Assembly (NCBI GenBank): GCA_918797485.1
Contig: CAKKNE010000005.1
Location: forward strand, 4,092,001-4,156,000
Direction of reading: 5' to 3'
Origin: Pelagomonas calceolata
Taxonomy: Eukaryota
Length of the DNA stretch: 64,000 bases
The notes below the pieces were generated by a model. The model was not told the origin of the DNA, did no database searches, and saw only the letters and a program-made list of their open reading frames with translations. Shown here in pieces: positions 1 to 10,987 of this stretch. The position numbers and the translations under genes were made by a program. The first letter of the stretch is position 1, and every line of letters begins with the position of its first letter.

Positions 1-232
1 GCGTACACACACTAGCAACCACGCAGCCTCAGCAAAAACCGGACGTTGCTCCCGTAAGAAATCGACGCTGTCAGTGGCTATATCATATTAGTGGCCCCGG
101 AGTACGTCGGAAGCAGGCGGCGACCGTCCGACGACCGTTACGCCGTCGAGTAGCAGCTGGCAGCCACTGCATAACCACTGCATAGCTACGCCGCAGCGCG
201 CATAGTCGTGCCGTAAGCCGCGGGCAGCAAAC

Positions 233-2111
233 ATGATCGAAGCGATCGTACTCATTTGGTACGCCACAACGACGGTCGGCGCGACGAACACGCTCGCGTA
301 CTGGCTCGTCACATCACTATTTGCGTGGATTTTGATGGGCCTCTTCACGCGCGGCCGCAACGAGGACCTCGAGGAGCTGCTGCGGAACGGAAAGGAAGAA
401 GAAAAGGTCGAGTGCTGCGCGCCCTTCCAGGACCCGGCGGCCCTGGCCGCGGCGCAGCGGCCTTCCGTGAGGCGGTCGAGAAGCGGCCACCGCCTCGAGA
501 TGTGCGCCGAATTACCAAGAAGCGTGAACCCCTGGGTGAACGCGACGTGGCGCGTCACGAGCGCCGAGCGCCTGAAGATGGCTCTATTAGCCCCGTGGCT
601 GCTCCCGGCCCGCGTCGCGTTTTTGGTGATAGCGGCGAGCGGCGCGTCGTTCTTCGCGACGATCGCTACAATAGGCTGGGGCGCGCGGGCGCCGTCGGGT
701 GAGTCGCTCCCGCTCACGACGCCGCCGGACGACGCCCGGTTGCCGCGCTGGCGGCGGGTCCTAGGCTTGCCTGTTTTACTGTTCGTGCGCCTCGCTCTGC
801 TGGCTCTAGGCTTCTGGCGCGTCGAGGTGAGAGGGCGAGAAAAACTGGACGCAAACGCGAGGGTGCTCGTCTGCAACCACCTCAGCATGGTCGAACCCCT
901 CGTACTGCTCATAGAGACGCGGTGCACGCCCGTCACCGCGTCGGCTTTCGCCAAATTACCGGCGCTGGGCGCTGTTGGAAGGTTACACCAGTTGATTTGG
1001 CTCGAAAGGGGCGACCCGGCGTCTCGTTCAAGAGTCGTCGACGCGATTCATCGACGCACAAGGCCCCAAGCTACCGAGTGGCCGCCTGTGTTAGTATTCC
1101 CTGAAGGGACGACGTTAAACGGTAGGGCCTTGATCTCGTTCAAGCCCGGGGCCTTCGCGCCTCAAGCTAAAGTGCAGCCGGCGGTCGCGCGGTTCCCCTT
1201 TGCGGTCAGATGCGGTATGGGATTGGATCCGTCCTGGTGCACCGCGGGCCCGCAGTTCGGCGAACTCTCACTCAGAATGATGCTGCAGCCCTGGAACCGG
1301 GTTCGCATCGACTTTTTGGATCCTATTGAACCATTGGAGGAGTCGACGGCCGCATTTGGTGGGAGGGTGCGCCGGGCGATGGCCGATTCACTGGGCGTGC
1401 CGGTCACGGACCACTCCTGGGCGGACATGTGGCTGAACATGACGGCGCGGTGATTAGCTGTGTGGAAATCATATTTCAGGCGCCCCACGCCATCGCCGCG
1501 ACGTCGTTCTAACCTGAGTCACTGGTTGATTTCCGCACAGGCAATTGGGCCTGCCGCCGCACAAGACGCTCGTGCAGCTCAAAGCTTTACAGAAGGCCCT
1601 GCCCGAGACGCCCGTCGAGCGGCTGCGCGCGGCGGACGCCCTCAAGAGGTTCGCAAGGGCTGATCAACAAAAACACGGCAAGTTGTCCGTGGTGCAGTTC
1701 CGGGCCGCGCTGCGCGGCAACGTCGTCGAGCAGCAGGAGGACCTGCGCCTCGACGATAGTACCTTGGACGCGTTGTTTGCGAAGCTCGGGGGCGGCTCGG
1801 ACGACATCGACTTCTTCTCGTTCTTAGTCGGCTTCGCCGTGCTCGACGCGCTGCACTCGTGCGAGGACGGTGCACTAGACCTGGTGTTTAGTTTACTGGA
1901 CGCGGACGGCGTCGGGAAGGTTCCTAGGAGCCGCGTCGACGTCGCTTTGCAGCTGCGGCCGGACGACGCTTCCATTAGAGACGACGCGTTCATCTCCGTG
2001 GACGCGCTCGAGGAGGTCGACGAGGACCCGCTGCTCGACGGGGACGCCTTCCGGGCCCACGTCCGTGCGAACCGCGAGCGGCTCTCGCGCACGTGGAGTG
2101 TTGTGTCATAG
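233..2111 (+). CDS. LPCAT: Lysophospholipid acyltransferase (LPCAT/LPEAT type) with C-terminal EF-hands; join(233..1449,1541..2111)
   Basis: PlsC motifs NHLSMVEP and VFPEGTTLNG, plus FKPGAF. Removing GT-AG intron 1450..1540 joins ORF 233..1453 in frame to EF-hand ORF 1545..2111 (DADGVGKV). Confidence 0.85.
1450..1540 (+). mobile_element. Introner-like element forming a 91-bp GT-AG intron
   Basis: TIRs ctgtgtggaaatc (1458-1470) and gatttccgcacag (1528-1540). Degenerate 8-bp TSD gtgattag / gcaattgg. The donor GT is the first two bases of the TSD. Confidence 0.85.
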
Positions 2112-2130
2112 TGTTTTTATGTCCTAGAAG

Positions 2131-2462
2131 CTAGCCGACGCGCTTGTCGCGCGCGCTCGCGCCTGCGTGGGGGGGGCGCGTCGATGGCGTTTCTGAGGCG
2201 GTGCCCTGCCACCAGCACGCCATCGCCGCGACCGTCGCACGTCGAAGGCTCCGCCTGGGGACGCCGCATGCATGCCGCCGCCCGCGCCGACGCCGCGGTA
2301 CTTCGACGTGTTGCGTTTGCTGTTTTTCAGGCGGAACTCTTTCCACTTCCGCCGGTAGACGCGCGCCTCGCGCGAGTCGGACGTCGCGGCCCACGCGACG
2401 AACAAGGCGCCGCAGGCGGCGGCCACTGCTGCTGCTATGAGTAGGAGCTGCAGGGTCTCCAT
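2131..2462 (-). CDS. Small membrane-anchored basic protein; probable join(2462..2286,2162..2131)
   Basis: METLQLLLIAAAVAAACGALFVAWAA hydrophobic segment followed by a basic stretch. A putative intron ~2163..2285 ends in ccccccccacgcag and carries two core-motif copies; the donor position is uncertain. Confidence 0.45.
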
Positions 2463-2825
2463 TGAGAGTGCTGCACTGCACTGTTGCTTGCCCACGACCT
2501 TTTACAACAAGTTATGCGTCGCCAGCGCTGCACAGTGCTCTGCTGGATGCGAGGTTGGAGAGAGAGCGTCAAGCGCAGCTTGCTTGCTTGGTGCAGCGTG
2601 TGTAACACTCTAGAGTGCATTAAATTTTATGCATTTTGTTGCAGCAGTGGATTGGAACGTTCTGTCCGGGTCGTGCGCTATCCTCCGACTCGCCAGACGG
2701 ATGCATGCGTGCTGGGTAAACGGTGCCTTTTCTGATATCTTCCCTCCCAGACCCTCCTCCCTGTCTGGGAGAGTAGATTCGTTCGAAAAAAAGGCCGGGA
2801 GACGCGTTCGTAGCTAAAGGGCAGC

Positions 2826-4121
2826 ATGGCGGACGACGAGCAGCAGCTCCTCGTGGATACGGACTCGGAGCAGCAGCCGCTGGTACCGAAGAAGAAGAGC
2901 CGCGCCCTGGTGGCGGGAGCCGCGTTCGGCGCGGCGCTGCTGCTCGGCGCGGTCGCGGCGCGGGGCGGGGCGGGGCCGCGGTCGCAGGCCCTGCGCGCCG
3001 CGCCGTCGACCGCGGTCGCGACTCGGGACGTGGGCGACGTCGTCGAGCCCGACTTCATCGACTGCGCGGAGACCTGCATTCCCTGGCTCGACCCCGGGTT
3101 CGAGTGCAGCGGCGACGGCGTGACCATCGGCGTCGAGTTCGACGGCGACGGCCTGTGCGTCTACGACCTGCCGTGCGTCTTCCGCATCGTCCTGGACCTC
3201 GAGTTCGACCTCGTGTTCGGGGTCTGCTTCGACGTGGACGGCGAGGCGAGCTACGCGCGGGAGCGCACGGTCGCCACGGCGTACGGCGTGGCGAACGCGG
3301 TCATGACCGCGGGCGTCAAGGCCGAGGTCTTCACCACCCAGGGCCTGCGCAAGACCCACGCGGCAGCCATGAGCGAACTCGCGGGCGCCGGGGAGGAGCG
3401 GCAGCGCGAGTTCCTCGCCGCCGCGGACAAGGCCTTTGCCGCGCAACATGGCCGCGCCGTCACCGAGCCGGAGAAGCCCGAGGCCTACTACCTGTTCGCC
3501 CGGGACCTGGTCCTCACCGCGCGGGCGAAGAAGGAGGCCGCGCCGGGCACCGAGGCGGCCACGCCGGACTTCTTCTGGGGCGATGATGTGATTGGGCTCT
3601 GGGACGACGGCGGAAGCTGGTTCTGGGACGACTGGGGCAGCGGCGGCGGCGGCAGCGACGGCAGCGGGCTCATCTGCAAGATGTATCCGTGGTGCGACAT
3701 CTGGTACAACGGAAACGGCGGCGGCGGCGGCGACGCGTGCGCGTTCGAAGCGGAGGTGCGCGTCCCGGTCCAGGTGCAGGTGGATACCTACGCCGGCGCC
3801 AACGCGGCGTCCGTCCACGTCGGCGACCCGTGGGTGAGTTACTCGACCGGTAACGTGCAAGTCGAGTTCGAGGGCAAAGTGACGTTCGAGGCACAGGACG
3901 CGCTCGGGACCCTCTCTGCGGGCGCGGAAAGCTCGATTTCGACCGTGTGTGATACGAGCGGCTGCACCAGACCGGGCGGGGAAACGTGCGTCTTCGCGAG
4001 CTTGCAAGTGCCTTGGCTCGAGCTCCCAGACGCCAGCATATGCGGCATTAGTGTCCCCTACGCCTCCATCGGCGAAAGAGGGCTCTCTGCGGAGGTGTGC
4101 CTGTGCACGACCTGCTGGTGA
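2826..4121 (+). CDS. Cys-rich type II membrane protein of unknown function
   Basis: 431-aa ORF with strong GC3 bias, N-terminal DEQQLL, a single TM anchor, and a Cys/Trp/Gly-rich luminal region. Confidence 0.7.
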   Translation: MADDEQQLLVDTDSEQQPLVPKKKSRALVAGAAFGAALLLGAVAARGGAGPRSQALRAAPSTAVATRDVGDVVEPDFIDCAETCIPWLDPGFECSGDGVTIGVEFDGDGLCVYDLPCVFRIVLDLEFDLVFGVCFDVDGEASYARERTVATAYGVANAVMTAGVKAEVFTTQGLRKTHAAAMSELAGAGEERQREFLAAADKAFAAQHGRAVTEPEKPEAYYLFARDLVLTARAKKEAAPGTEAATPDFFWGDDVIGLWDDGGSWFWDDWGSGGGGSDGSGLICKMYPWCDIWYNGNGGGGGDACAFEAEVRVPVQVQVDTYAGANAASVHVGDPWVSYSTGNVQVEFEGKVTFEAQDALGTLSAGAESSISTVCDTSGCTRPGGETCVFASLQVPWLELPDASICGISVPYASIGERGLSAEVCLCTTCW

Positions 4122-4181
4122 AGTTCGGAGGTGCCCTCCCCCTTGCTGTTCCCCCTTGCCTAAACACTCATAAACTTACGC

Positions 4182-5406
4182 TCAGATCCCCTCGACGCTG
4201 CGCCCGAGCTCGTTGTACGTCGTCGGGTTCAGCTCGACGCTCAGCGACGGGCTGGCGAAGGCCGGTCGCCGCCGCCACGGCACGAGGTAGACGATCAGCG
4301 CGCCGACGACGACGAGTAGCACGACGACGAGCGCCAACAGAGCGTCGACCTCGCGCTTCATCGCGTCCACCCGCTCGACGAGTTCCTCGTCGCGCATCCC
4401 CTCGTCCTCGTCCTCCCACTCCTCGTCGCGCGACTTGCAGTTCTCGTCCTCGCCCCAGGCGCAGCAGAACGTCGGATCCACGCAGCAGCAGACCGCCCAC
4501 TGCTCGTCGCGCTCCCAGGCGGCGAAGCCGCAGGTCCCCGACTGGTACCCCGCAGCTTTTTCATCCTCGTACGGGTAGGCCTGCCGCCGCGCGTCCCAAT
4601 TTTTGGGGGCTAACCCATTCTCTCGACAGTACCGGAAGTAGCCCGCCTGATCTTCATCTTCATCAGGATCCTCCTCCTCCTTCTCCTTGCAGTCATCGTA
4701 GTCGTGAGCGTTCTGGTCGAGGCGCACGCGGTCCCGCCGGTAGTTCGTGCCCGCGAGCTGGCCCCGCCGACACAGACAGTGCGCCCAATTGGGAATCGTG
4801 CACGACGCGTCGACCCAGCCGTCCCAGAGCCCCGGCGCCAGTAAGCCGCAGTCCTCGTCCGTGCACCACTCGTTCGGCTCGCCGGGCTGCCTGTGTGGAA
4901 ATCAAAATTTTATGGCGCGTTCGTGCTGAATCGTCGCGTCGACCTCCACGCCATCGACGCGACGCCTGCTCGATGGCGTGGCGATGCCAGTTCCTCACCG
5001 CTCGACGGAGCCAGCGCGACCACGTCGTCGCCGAGAAATGACTTAGTGAAGAATTGGCACCCGACGCACTGGTTGATTTCCACACAGCGGGCTGCCAGTT
5101 GCGCCACGTATCGGACATGCCGTTGACCCACTCCCACACACCGCTTTCGTCCTGCTCGCCGGACTCGAACAATCCGATCCAGACCGCGCGCTGCGTCGTC
5201 ACCAGTTGGCGCACGTAGTCGTCCTCCGCCTTCGACTTAATGGTGGCCAGCGAGCCGCCGTTCGACTCGCAGTGCTGCTGGCACTGCGAGAACGTCGCCG
5301 GGAAATCAGAAATCAGGAAGCAAGCATCGATGCTCGTGCCCTGATAGGGGCTCGGGCACTGTGCCGCGCCGAGCGGTGCCAGCAGCGCGACGAGAAGAGA
5401 GCGCAT
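4182..5406 (-). CDS. C-type lectin domain type I membrane protein; join(5406..5096,4890..4182)
   Basis: Signal peptide MRSLLVALLAPLGAA; CTLD motifs CESNGGSLATI and VWIGL. Splicing restores WQPGEPN..EDC..WVDASC. C-terminal TM helix. Confidence 0.85.
4891..5095 (-). mobile_element. Young introner element (197 bp) forming a 205-bp GC-AG intron
   Basis: Perfect TIRs ctgtgtggaaatca / tgatttccacacag (4891..5087) and perfect 8-bp TSD cgggctgc (4883-4890, 5088-5095). Excision restores the EPN lectin motif exactly. Confidence 0.93.
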
Positions 5407-5851
5407 ATTGTGCCGGTGTAGAGGGATTCTTGCTGCTGCTGCGCCTCGACCGGCGTCACTGCGGTACGTCACTGCGGTACGACTAGCGCTCCGCGGGCGC
5501 GCCGCGCGTAGAGCTGTAGTTGTTTTATCTGGAGAGGCTGCCTGCCTCTTGCCTCGCCGCTCGCGGTACGAATGGCTGCCCCTACCGCTTTGGTCGGCTC
5601 GTTTGCGTGTCCTAAGCACGCCCCGCAACGCCTGTTGCCTGCCAAAATTGGAATGGAGCTGTGTTGCGCCAAGCCTTGGCAGAGCGGCACGTGAGGCCGC
5701 CGCGGCCCCCACCAGGAAGCCTCGCGACGACGGCTCTCGCCGCGGAGGACTCCTACGATCACAAAAAGACGCCTCAGGTCAGGCCCGGACGACGGGCTCC
5801 ACCGCGACGGAGCTCGCGGCGGCGACTCCTACCGATCACAAAAAGCCATCC

Positions 5852-6772
5852 TTACGTGAAGTGCAACCCCTTGGCGTTGAACGCCACCAACAACGCGAGG
5901 AAGTCGTCCTGGTCCATCTTGGCGGGCCGCTTCCCGTCGAAGCGCTCGCCACCGACGACCTCCTCGACCATGGCCTTCACGTCCGGCGTTTCGCCCGAAG
6001 CACCGCGGAGCGCCGCGAACGTCTTCCAGGACGTCTCCAGGTCGGCGATCACTTTCTTCGACGTGAATAATGATCTAAGGGTCTTGTTCTTGCGGTTGAA
6101 GCACAATTTCACGAGGCCGTCCCATTCCACAAAATTGACCGGCGGCGGCGGGTTCTTCAGCTCGATGCGCACGACGCGCGAGTCGACTTTTGGCGGGGGC
6201 CGGAAGTTGTTCCTCCCTACCTTGATTAATTGTGTCACTTTGGCCAGCAACTGCGTGTTGACCGACAATCTACAGTACAACGCGTCGCCCGGCCTCGCGG
6301 ACAATCTCTGAGCAAACTCCTCCTGGAACATGACCACCGCGCACCGAAAGTAGGGTCTATGTGCTAATAACTTGAACAAAAACGGCGACGAGATGTTGTA
6401 CGGCAGATTAGCGACGCAGACGTCGAAGAACGGCAGCGGCGTCTTCAGGATGTCGCCCTGGATCAATTCGAGGCGATGCTTGCGGGGATCGCCCTCCACG
6501 CGCTTCTTGACCTCGCGGACCATGCGCGGGTCGAATTCCACCGCGACGAGCGACTTGGCCCTCGCTAATAACTTGACAGTCAAGTTCCCCGTACCGGGAC
6601 CGACCTCGAGCACGGCGTCCGTCGGTCTGAGTTTAGCTCTTTCCACTATACTATCAACAACAGCAGGGTTCTTGAGGAAGTTCTGGCCCAAGCTTTTATC
6701 TGCGGCTAATAGGCCCGAGTCGTGGCGCTTGCCGCCGCCTCCACTCGAGTCCTTGCCCTTGCGCTTGGGCAT
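5852..6772 (-). CDS. DIM1: 18S rRNA dimethyladenosine transferase
   Basis: GQNFLKNP, VLEVGPGTGNLT, ANLPYNISSP, FRPPPKVDSRVVRIE. Confidence 0.96.
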   Translation of the reverse strand: MPKRKGKDSSGGGGKRHDSGLLAADKSLGQNFLKNPAVVDSIVERAKLRPTDAVLEVGPGTGNLTVKLLARAKSLVAVEFDPRMVREVKKRVEGDPRKHRLELIQGDILKTPLPFFDVCVANLPYNISSPFLFKLLAHRPYFRCAVVMFQEEFAQRLSARPGDALYCRLSVNTQLLAKVTQLIKVGRNNFRPPPKVDSRVVRIELKNPPPPVNFVEWDGLVKLCFNRKNKTLRSLFTSKKVIADLETSWKTFAALRGASGETPDVKAMVEEVVGGERFDGKRPAKMDQDDFLALLVAFNAKGLHFT

Positions 6773-7025
6773 TTTTTATAGCGTTGTTTTTAGACTTTGT
6801 CGCTGCGGCGGCGTGTCGCTTCGGCGTTTCGCGCTGCGCGCTGCAATGTGTTGCTGCAGGAGCAGGGCTGCTCTGCTCTGCTGTATACAGTACGGTAGGG
6901 ACACGCGGCTGGGCGCAGTCGTCGGCACAACGCTGTGAGGGCTTGATGCGCTACACGAATTAGTAACTGACTATCTCTAGGCCGTAATGCAGCTCCGCGT
7001 CCCGTCGCCCGCTTGTCCATGCTTG

Positions 7026-7047
7026 CTAGTGCCTTCATGCCGCTAGC
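7026..7047 (-). promoter_or_regulatory. CTAG-bounded upstream motif
   Basis: gctagcggcatgaaggcactag (minus), between divergent DIM1 and sulfatase. Confidence 0.6.
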
Positions 7048-7307
7048 ATTTCGGCTAGGACTACGTCGCGGGGTAGTCTGAGGGCTCCCCACACCCCCGG
7101 GGAGGCCAGGAACGGGTCGCGCGCGTCGCTTCAATCAAATAGTGGCTCGCTTTTCCACAGGAGATGGGCTTGTGAGTTTGGCTTTTGCGGCTGTTCGACG
7201 ACCGCGTAGAGCAGCCCCACCGAGGCAGCGCGCCCAAGAAGGCGCGCCCGAGGCACCCGAGCGTGTGTACCGCCAAAACAAGCAAAAACAAGGCAGCCCG
7301 AGAGACC

Positions 7308-9206
7308 ATGGACGGGCAGCCCATCTACGACGCGTCGGAGGGCGAGGAGACGACCAGCCTGCTGCCCCACCAACAGCGGCGAGCGAGGCGCCTGCGCCCC
7401 GCCGTCGGCGCCGCCGTCGCCTGCGTCGCGGCCTTCGGCGCCGTCGCCGTCGTCACGAACGCCCGGACGACGGAGCTGCGCCGAAGCAACGACCCGGAGA
7501 TCGGGAACGTCGGGCGGCGGAGCGCGGCGAAGACGCCGACGATCGTCATCTCGCTGCTCGACGACCAGGGCTACGCCGACGTGCCGTGGCTCGCGCAGGA
7601 CGCCGCGACGCAATCCGCGATGCCCTTCGCGGACGCGCTGCGCAAGGACGCGGGCGGCGTCGACGTGAAAAACTACCACACCTGGCGCGACTGCACGCCC
7701 TCGCGGGCCATGCTTCTCACCGGAAGGCACCACGCCCAGCTGGGGATGCACGTGCCGCTGCTGGCCGGCGCGACGGCCGCGCTCCCGACGGACGAGCAGA
7801 CGATCGGCGAGCTCCTCGAGAAGGCGCGGCCGGGCGCCTACCACAGGGCCATCGTCGGCAAGTGGGACCTCGGCGCGGCTTCCCCCAAATACGTCCCCAC
7901 GGCGCGGGGCTTCGACGCCTTCACGGGCTTTTACAACGCGATGATCGACTACTTTGACTGGACGATCGAATCGGTGGCCATGACCGACATCGCCGGGACG
8001 ATCCTCGACGCGCAGCGCAACGACGGGCCGTCGCCCAAGGCGGCGGGCCAGTACACGACGCGGTTCCTGCGCGACGCGGCGCTCGGCGAGGTCGCCGCGG
8101 CCAAGACCGCGGGCAAGGCGCTGTTCTTGTACGCGGCCTGGAACGCGATCCACTACGACGTGGCGATCCCCGACGCGCACGCGCTGGGCCAGCCCGTCTA
8201 CATGAAGGCCGTGGGCCTCGGGCTGCCGCAGGAGCGGGCGCTGGCCCTGGCGGCGCTGCGCATCGTCGACGCGGCGAACGAGTGGATCTACTCGCGCTTG
8301 GACCGGGACAACACGATCTGGATCCAGACGAGCGACAACGGCGGCGAGCCCCACAAGGGCGCCTCGAACTACCCGCTGCGCGGCGGCAAGGGCTCGGGCT
8401 GGCAGGGCGGCACCCAGGTGCCGTGCTTCATGTGGCTCGGGGCGAACCTGCGCGGCTCGCTCAAGTCCTACGAGGGCCTCGTCCACGTCACGGACTGGGT
8501 GCCGACGTTAATAGGAGGCGCCCTGGGCGCGCCGGAGGCCCTCCCCGACGACCTCTACGGCCAGGACCTCTGGGAATCTTTGAGAGGCAACAGCGAGAAG
8601 AAGCGCGAGGACATCCTGCTCCTGGCCACGGCCGGCACGGGCGACGACGCGGGCGAGGCCATGGTCTCGCTCCGAACGGACCGCTATAAGGTGCTCATCG
8701 GCCAGGCGCCGTGCGCCGTCGGGACGCCGTCGAGCGAATACGCGGGCTGCGACTGCTCGGCCGACCGCACGACGGTCTGGGTCTCGGATCTGTTGGAGGA
8801 CCCGTCCGAGAGCACGAACCTGAACTGCGGCGACGCGCTGCCGGCGGACGTGCGCGCCGACCTCGCGGACCGCCTCGCCAAGAACTGGGACATGCACGTC
8901 CAGCCGGCCCAGCGCCCCTGCTACGACGAGACGCGGGCCGCGACCTTCATCGAGGCCGAGTGCTCGTACGACGACGTGCAGTACTACTGCCCCTGGCTCG
9001 CCGCGGACGTCGCCGACGCGCCGCGCTACGAGGCGGACGTGCCCAAATCCACGCACTTCAACTGGCTCGCGCGGGCGCCCGACGTTTGTATAAAGGACGC
9101 CGACAGCGCCCAGTTCGACGTGACCTGCGAGAACGCCTTCGTCCTCGACGAGCTCACGCTCACGACGGACCACATGGAGGACTGCTCGGCTCTTCGCGGT
9201 TCGTAA
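7308..9206 (+). CDS. Arylsulfatase (formylglycine-dependent), type II membrane anchored
   Basis: LLDDQGY, catalytic CTPSRAMLLTGR, VGKWDLG, SDNGG, NYPLRGGK, HVTDWVPT. First ATG at 7308. Confidence 0.92.
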   Translation: MDGQPIYDASEGEETTSLLPHQQRRARRLRPAVGAAVACVAAFGAVAVVTNARTTELRRSNDPEIGNVGRRSAAKTPTIVISLLDDQGYADVPWLAQDAATQSAMPFADALRKDAGGVDVKNYHTWRDCTPSRAMLLTGRHHAQLGMHVPLLAGATAALPTDEQTIGELLEKARPGAYHRAIVGKWDLGAASPKYVPTARGFDAFTGFYNAMIDYFDWTIESVAMTDIAGTILDAQRNDGPSPKAAGQYTTRFLRDAALGEVAAAKTAGKALFLYAAWNAIHYDVAIPDAHALGQPVYMKAVGLGLPQERALALAALRIVDAANEWIYSRLDRDNTIWIQTSDNGGEPHKGASNYPLRGGKGSGWQGGTQVPCFMWLGANLRGSLKSYEGLVHVTDWVPTLIGGALGAPEALPDDLYGQDLWESLRGNSEKKREDILLLATAGTGDDAGEAMVSLRTDRYKVLIGQAPCAVGTPSSEYAGCDCSADRTTVWVSDLLEDPSESTNLNCGDALPADVRADLADRLAKNWDMHVQPAQRPCYDETRAATFIEAECSYDDVQYYCPWLAADVADAPRYEADVPKSTHFNWLARAPDVCIKDADSAQFDVTCENAFVLDELTLTTDHMEDCSALRGS

Positions 9207-9420
9207 GGGCACATTTGTTTACTTGCTTTGCTTAGCGCTAGGCCGCCTAGCCACGAAACCGACACCTCTCTGCGTGACCGCACGCCCGCCCCGCCCCCGG
9301 CCCCCATACGCCGCCCGAGTGTTAGCTTGGGTGAGGCCTACAGGCAATCCGGACGACCTCTGCTGAACCTGACGTGCGGATGTTTCCGCCGCAGCAAGCT
9401 CGCGTCGGGGAAATCCGCGT

Positions 9421-9443
9421 GCTAGCGGCCTGTAAGACACTAG
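9421..9443 (+). promoter_or_regulatory. CTAG-bounded upstream motif
   Basis: gctagcggcctgtaagacactag, upstream of the 9623 gene. Confidence 0.7.
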
Positions 9444-9622
9444 GCATCCCTAGCAAGCAGCAAAAAAGTAAGGACACGGCACAGGGCTGCCCAAGCGCAT
9501 AAGCGATGGAACGGGCGTGCGTGGACGTTTTATCGAAGCCGCCGGCGCGTTGCTGACGCCCAAAGACGGACTGCTGCCCCACGCCATCGCCGCGAGGCAG
9601 CACTGCCTCTAGCTACACAACC

Positions 9623-10936
9623 ATGGCCGCACGCCATCGCCGCGGCAGCTCCGCCTCCAGCTGCACACCCATGCGTCTTATGATATGCCTCGCCGCCTTC
9701 ACAACGGCCTCCGAAATGGTCAAGCACAAACCAAAGCCGATGCGGACCTACACCGCCGACTCCGAGCCGCCAAAGCGATGTGGTATTCAGAACGTGCCGC
9801 ACGACCCCGCGCAAGGAACCCGAGTCGCGCTAGCTCTCTTTGGACTCGTCAGGAATAACGCCACGGCCTTGAACTTCGAGCGGTTCCTGCTCGCACCACT
9901 GTTAGATGATACGAAGGAAAAGTACACGATTGACGTCGTCTTACATGCGAACGTCGCCAGTAGAATAACGAACGCGCGAAGCGGCGAGGCGCTCCAGAAA
10001 TTACCGGGATATGGGGCGTGGAGAAGGTTCGCGCCCTGCCGATGGACTCTGGAAGATCAAGACGCCTTGGATGCCAGACTCCAGAAATTCAAGCGCCAGG
10101 TCATGAAGGTGACGTCGGACACGTATCATGATGATGGCCAGTCGATCATGAACTTGTTGCGGGCGCTGCATTCGTTGCGGGAATCGGGGCGATTAGTCGA
10201 AGCGCGGGAGCACGCCACGGGTTTGAGGTTCGACGTCGTCGCTTCGGTAAGAGTCGACACGATCTTCACGCGCGAGGTGCCCGCGCCGGTGTTTGCCTTC
10301 GCGTCGAAGTCGCCCGTGGCCAAGATCTTCGTGCCCCACTTTGGGTGTTCCATCAACGGCGACCTGGTGCTCAACGATCGCTTCGCGCTCGGCCAGCGCC
10401 AGGAGATGCTTTATACTTACTTAAACAGGATCGAGACGCTCATCACGTACCACGTCAACACGAGCGAGACGCGGCACGTCGGCATCAGCGGGGAGCGGCA
10501 TTTATTGAACGCGGTGTCGGACAAGCACATCCCCGTCGCGCGGCTCTTCGAGTTTTGCCTGCGACGCGTCCGCGCGGGCGGGCGCATCTGGTACAAGCTC
10601 TTCGTGTCGCAAGACGGCCACACGTGCCCGCTCGAGGAGACGGACCAGTGCGACCAGGCCTGCATGCTCGCGCAGCCCCGCTGCGAGGCGGGCCGCGGCT
10701 GCCGCCAGCGGGGCCAGCACTACGCCGCGCGCTTCTTCGACGGCTACGACTGGTGCGACAACAAAAAAAGGCCGGACTACGTCTGCCGCTACGACACGGT
10801 GCGCCTCGGCTTCTCCGAGGCGGGGAAGAAGATTATCAACGTCCCGGGGGCTGCGAACGGCAAGCAGATGCCGCCGCGCGGGCGCGCGCGCGGCTGGCGC
10901 GCGGCCGCCGCGGCGAAGAGTAAGGGGGAGATGTAG
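9623..10936 (+). CDS. Putative secreted/Golgi protein, possibly glycosyltransferase-like
   Basis: 437-aa ORF with RVALALFG, FDVVASVRVD and NDRFALG segments and a Cys-rich C-terminus. The real start may be ATG 9671 (signal-like MRLMICLAAFTTAS). Function is tentative. Confidence 0.55.
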   Translation: MAARHRRGSSASSCTPMRLMICLAAFTTASEMVKHKPKPMRTYTADSEPPKRCGIQNVPHDPAQGTRVALALFGLVRNNATALNFERFLLAPLLDDTKEKYTIDVVLHANVASRITNARSGEALQKLPGYGAWRRFAPCRWTLEDQDALDARLQKFKRQVMKVTSDTYHDDGQSIMNLLRALHSLRESGRLVEAREHATGLRFDVVASVRVDTIFTREVPAPVFAFASKSPVAKIFVPHFGCSINGDLVLNDRFALGQRQEMLYTYLNRIETLITYHVNTSETRHVGISGERHLLNAVSDKHIPVARLFEFCLRRVRAGGRIWYKLFVSQDGHTCPLEETDQCDQACMLAQPRCEAGRGCRQRGQHYAARFFDGYDWCDNKKRPDYVCRYDTVRLGFSEAGKKIINVPGAANGKQMPPRGRARGWRAAAAAKSKGEM

Positions 10937-10987
10937 TAGTTCTTAGGCCGACGGAGGGTGAGAAGTTCGAATTCGTGCGGTTTTTTT

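Noticed and set aside
5454..5479. 13-bp tandem duplication cgtcactgcggta upstream of the lectin gene
   Set aside because: Short local slippage; not seen elsewhere in the window.
9421..9443. CTAG motif interpreted as Helitron 3' ends
   Set aside because: No shared upstream body sequence or subterminal GC hairpin among copies, and CTAG is present at both ends. Not fully excluded without a genome-wide search.
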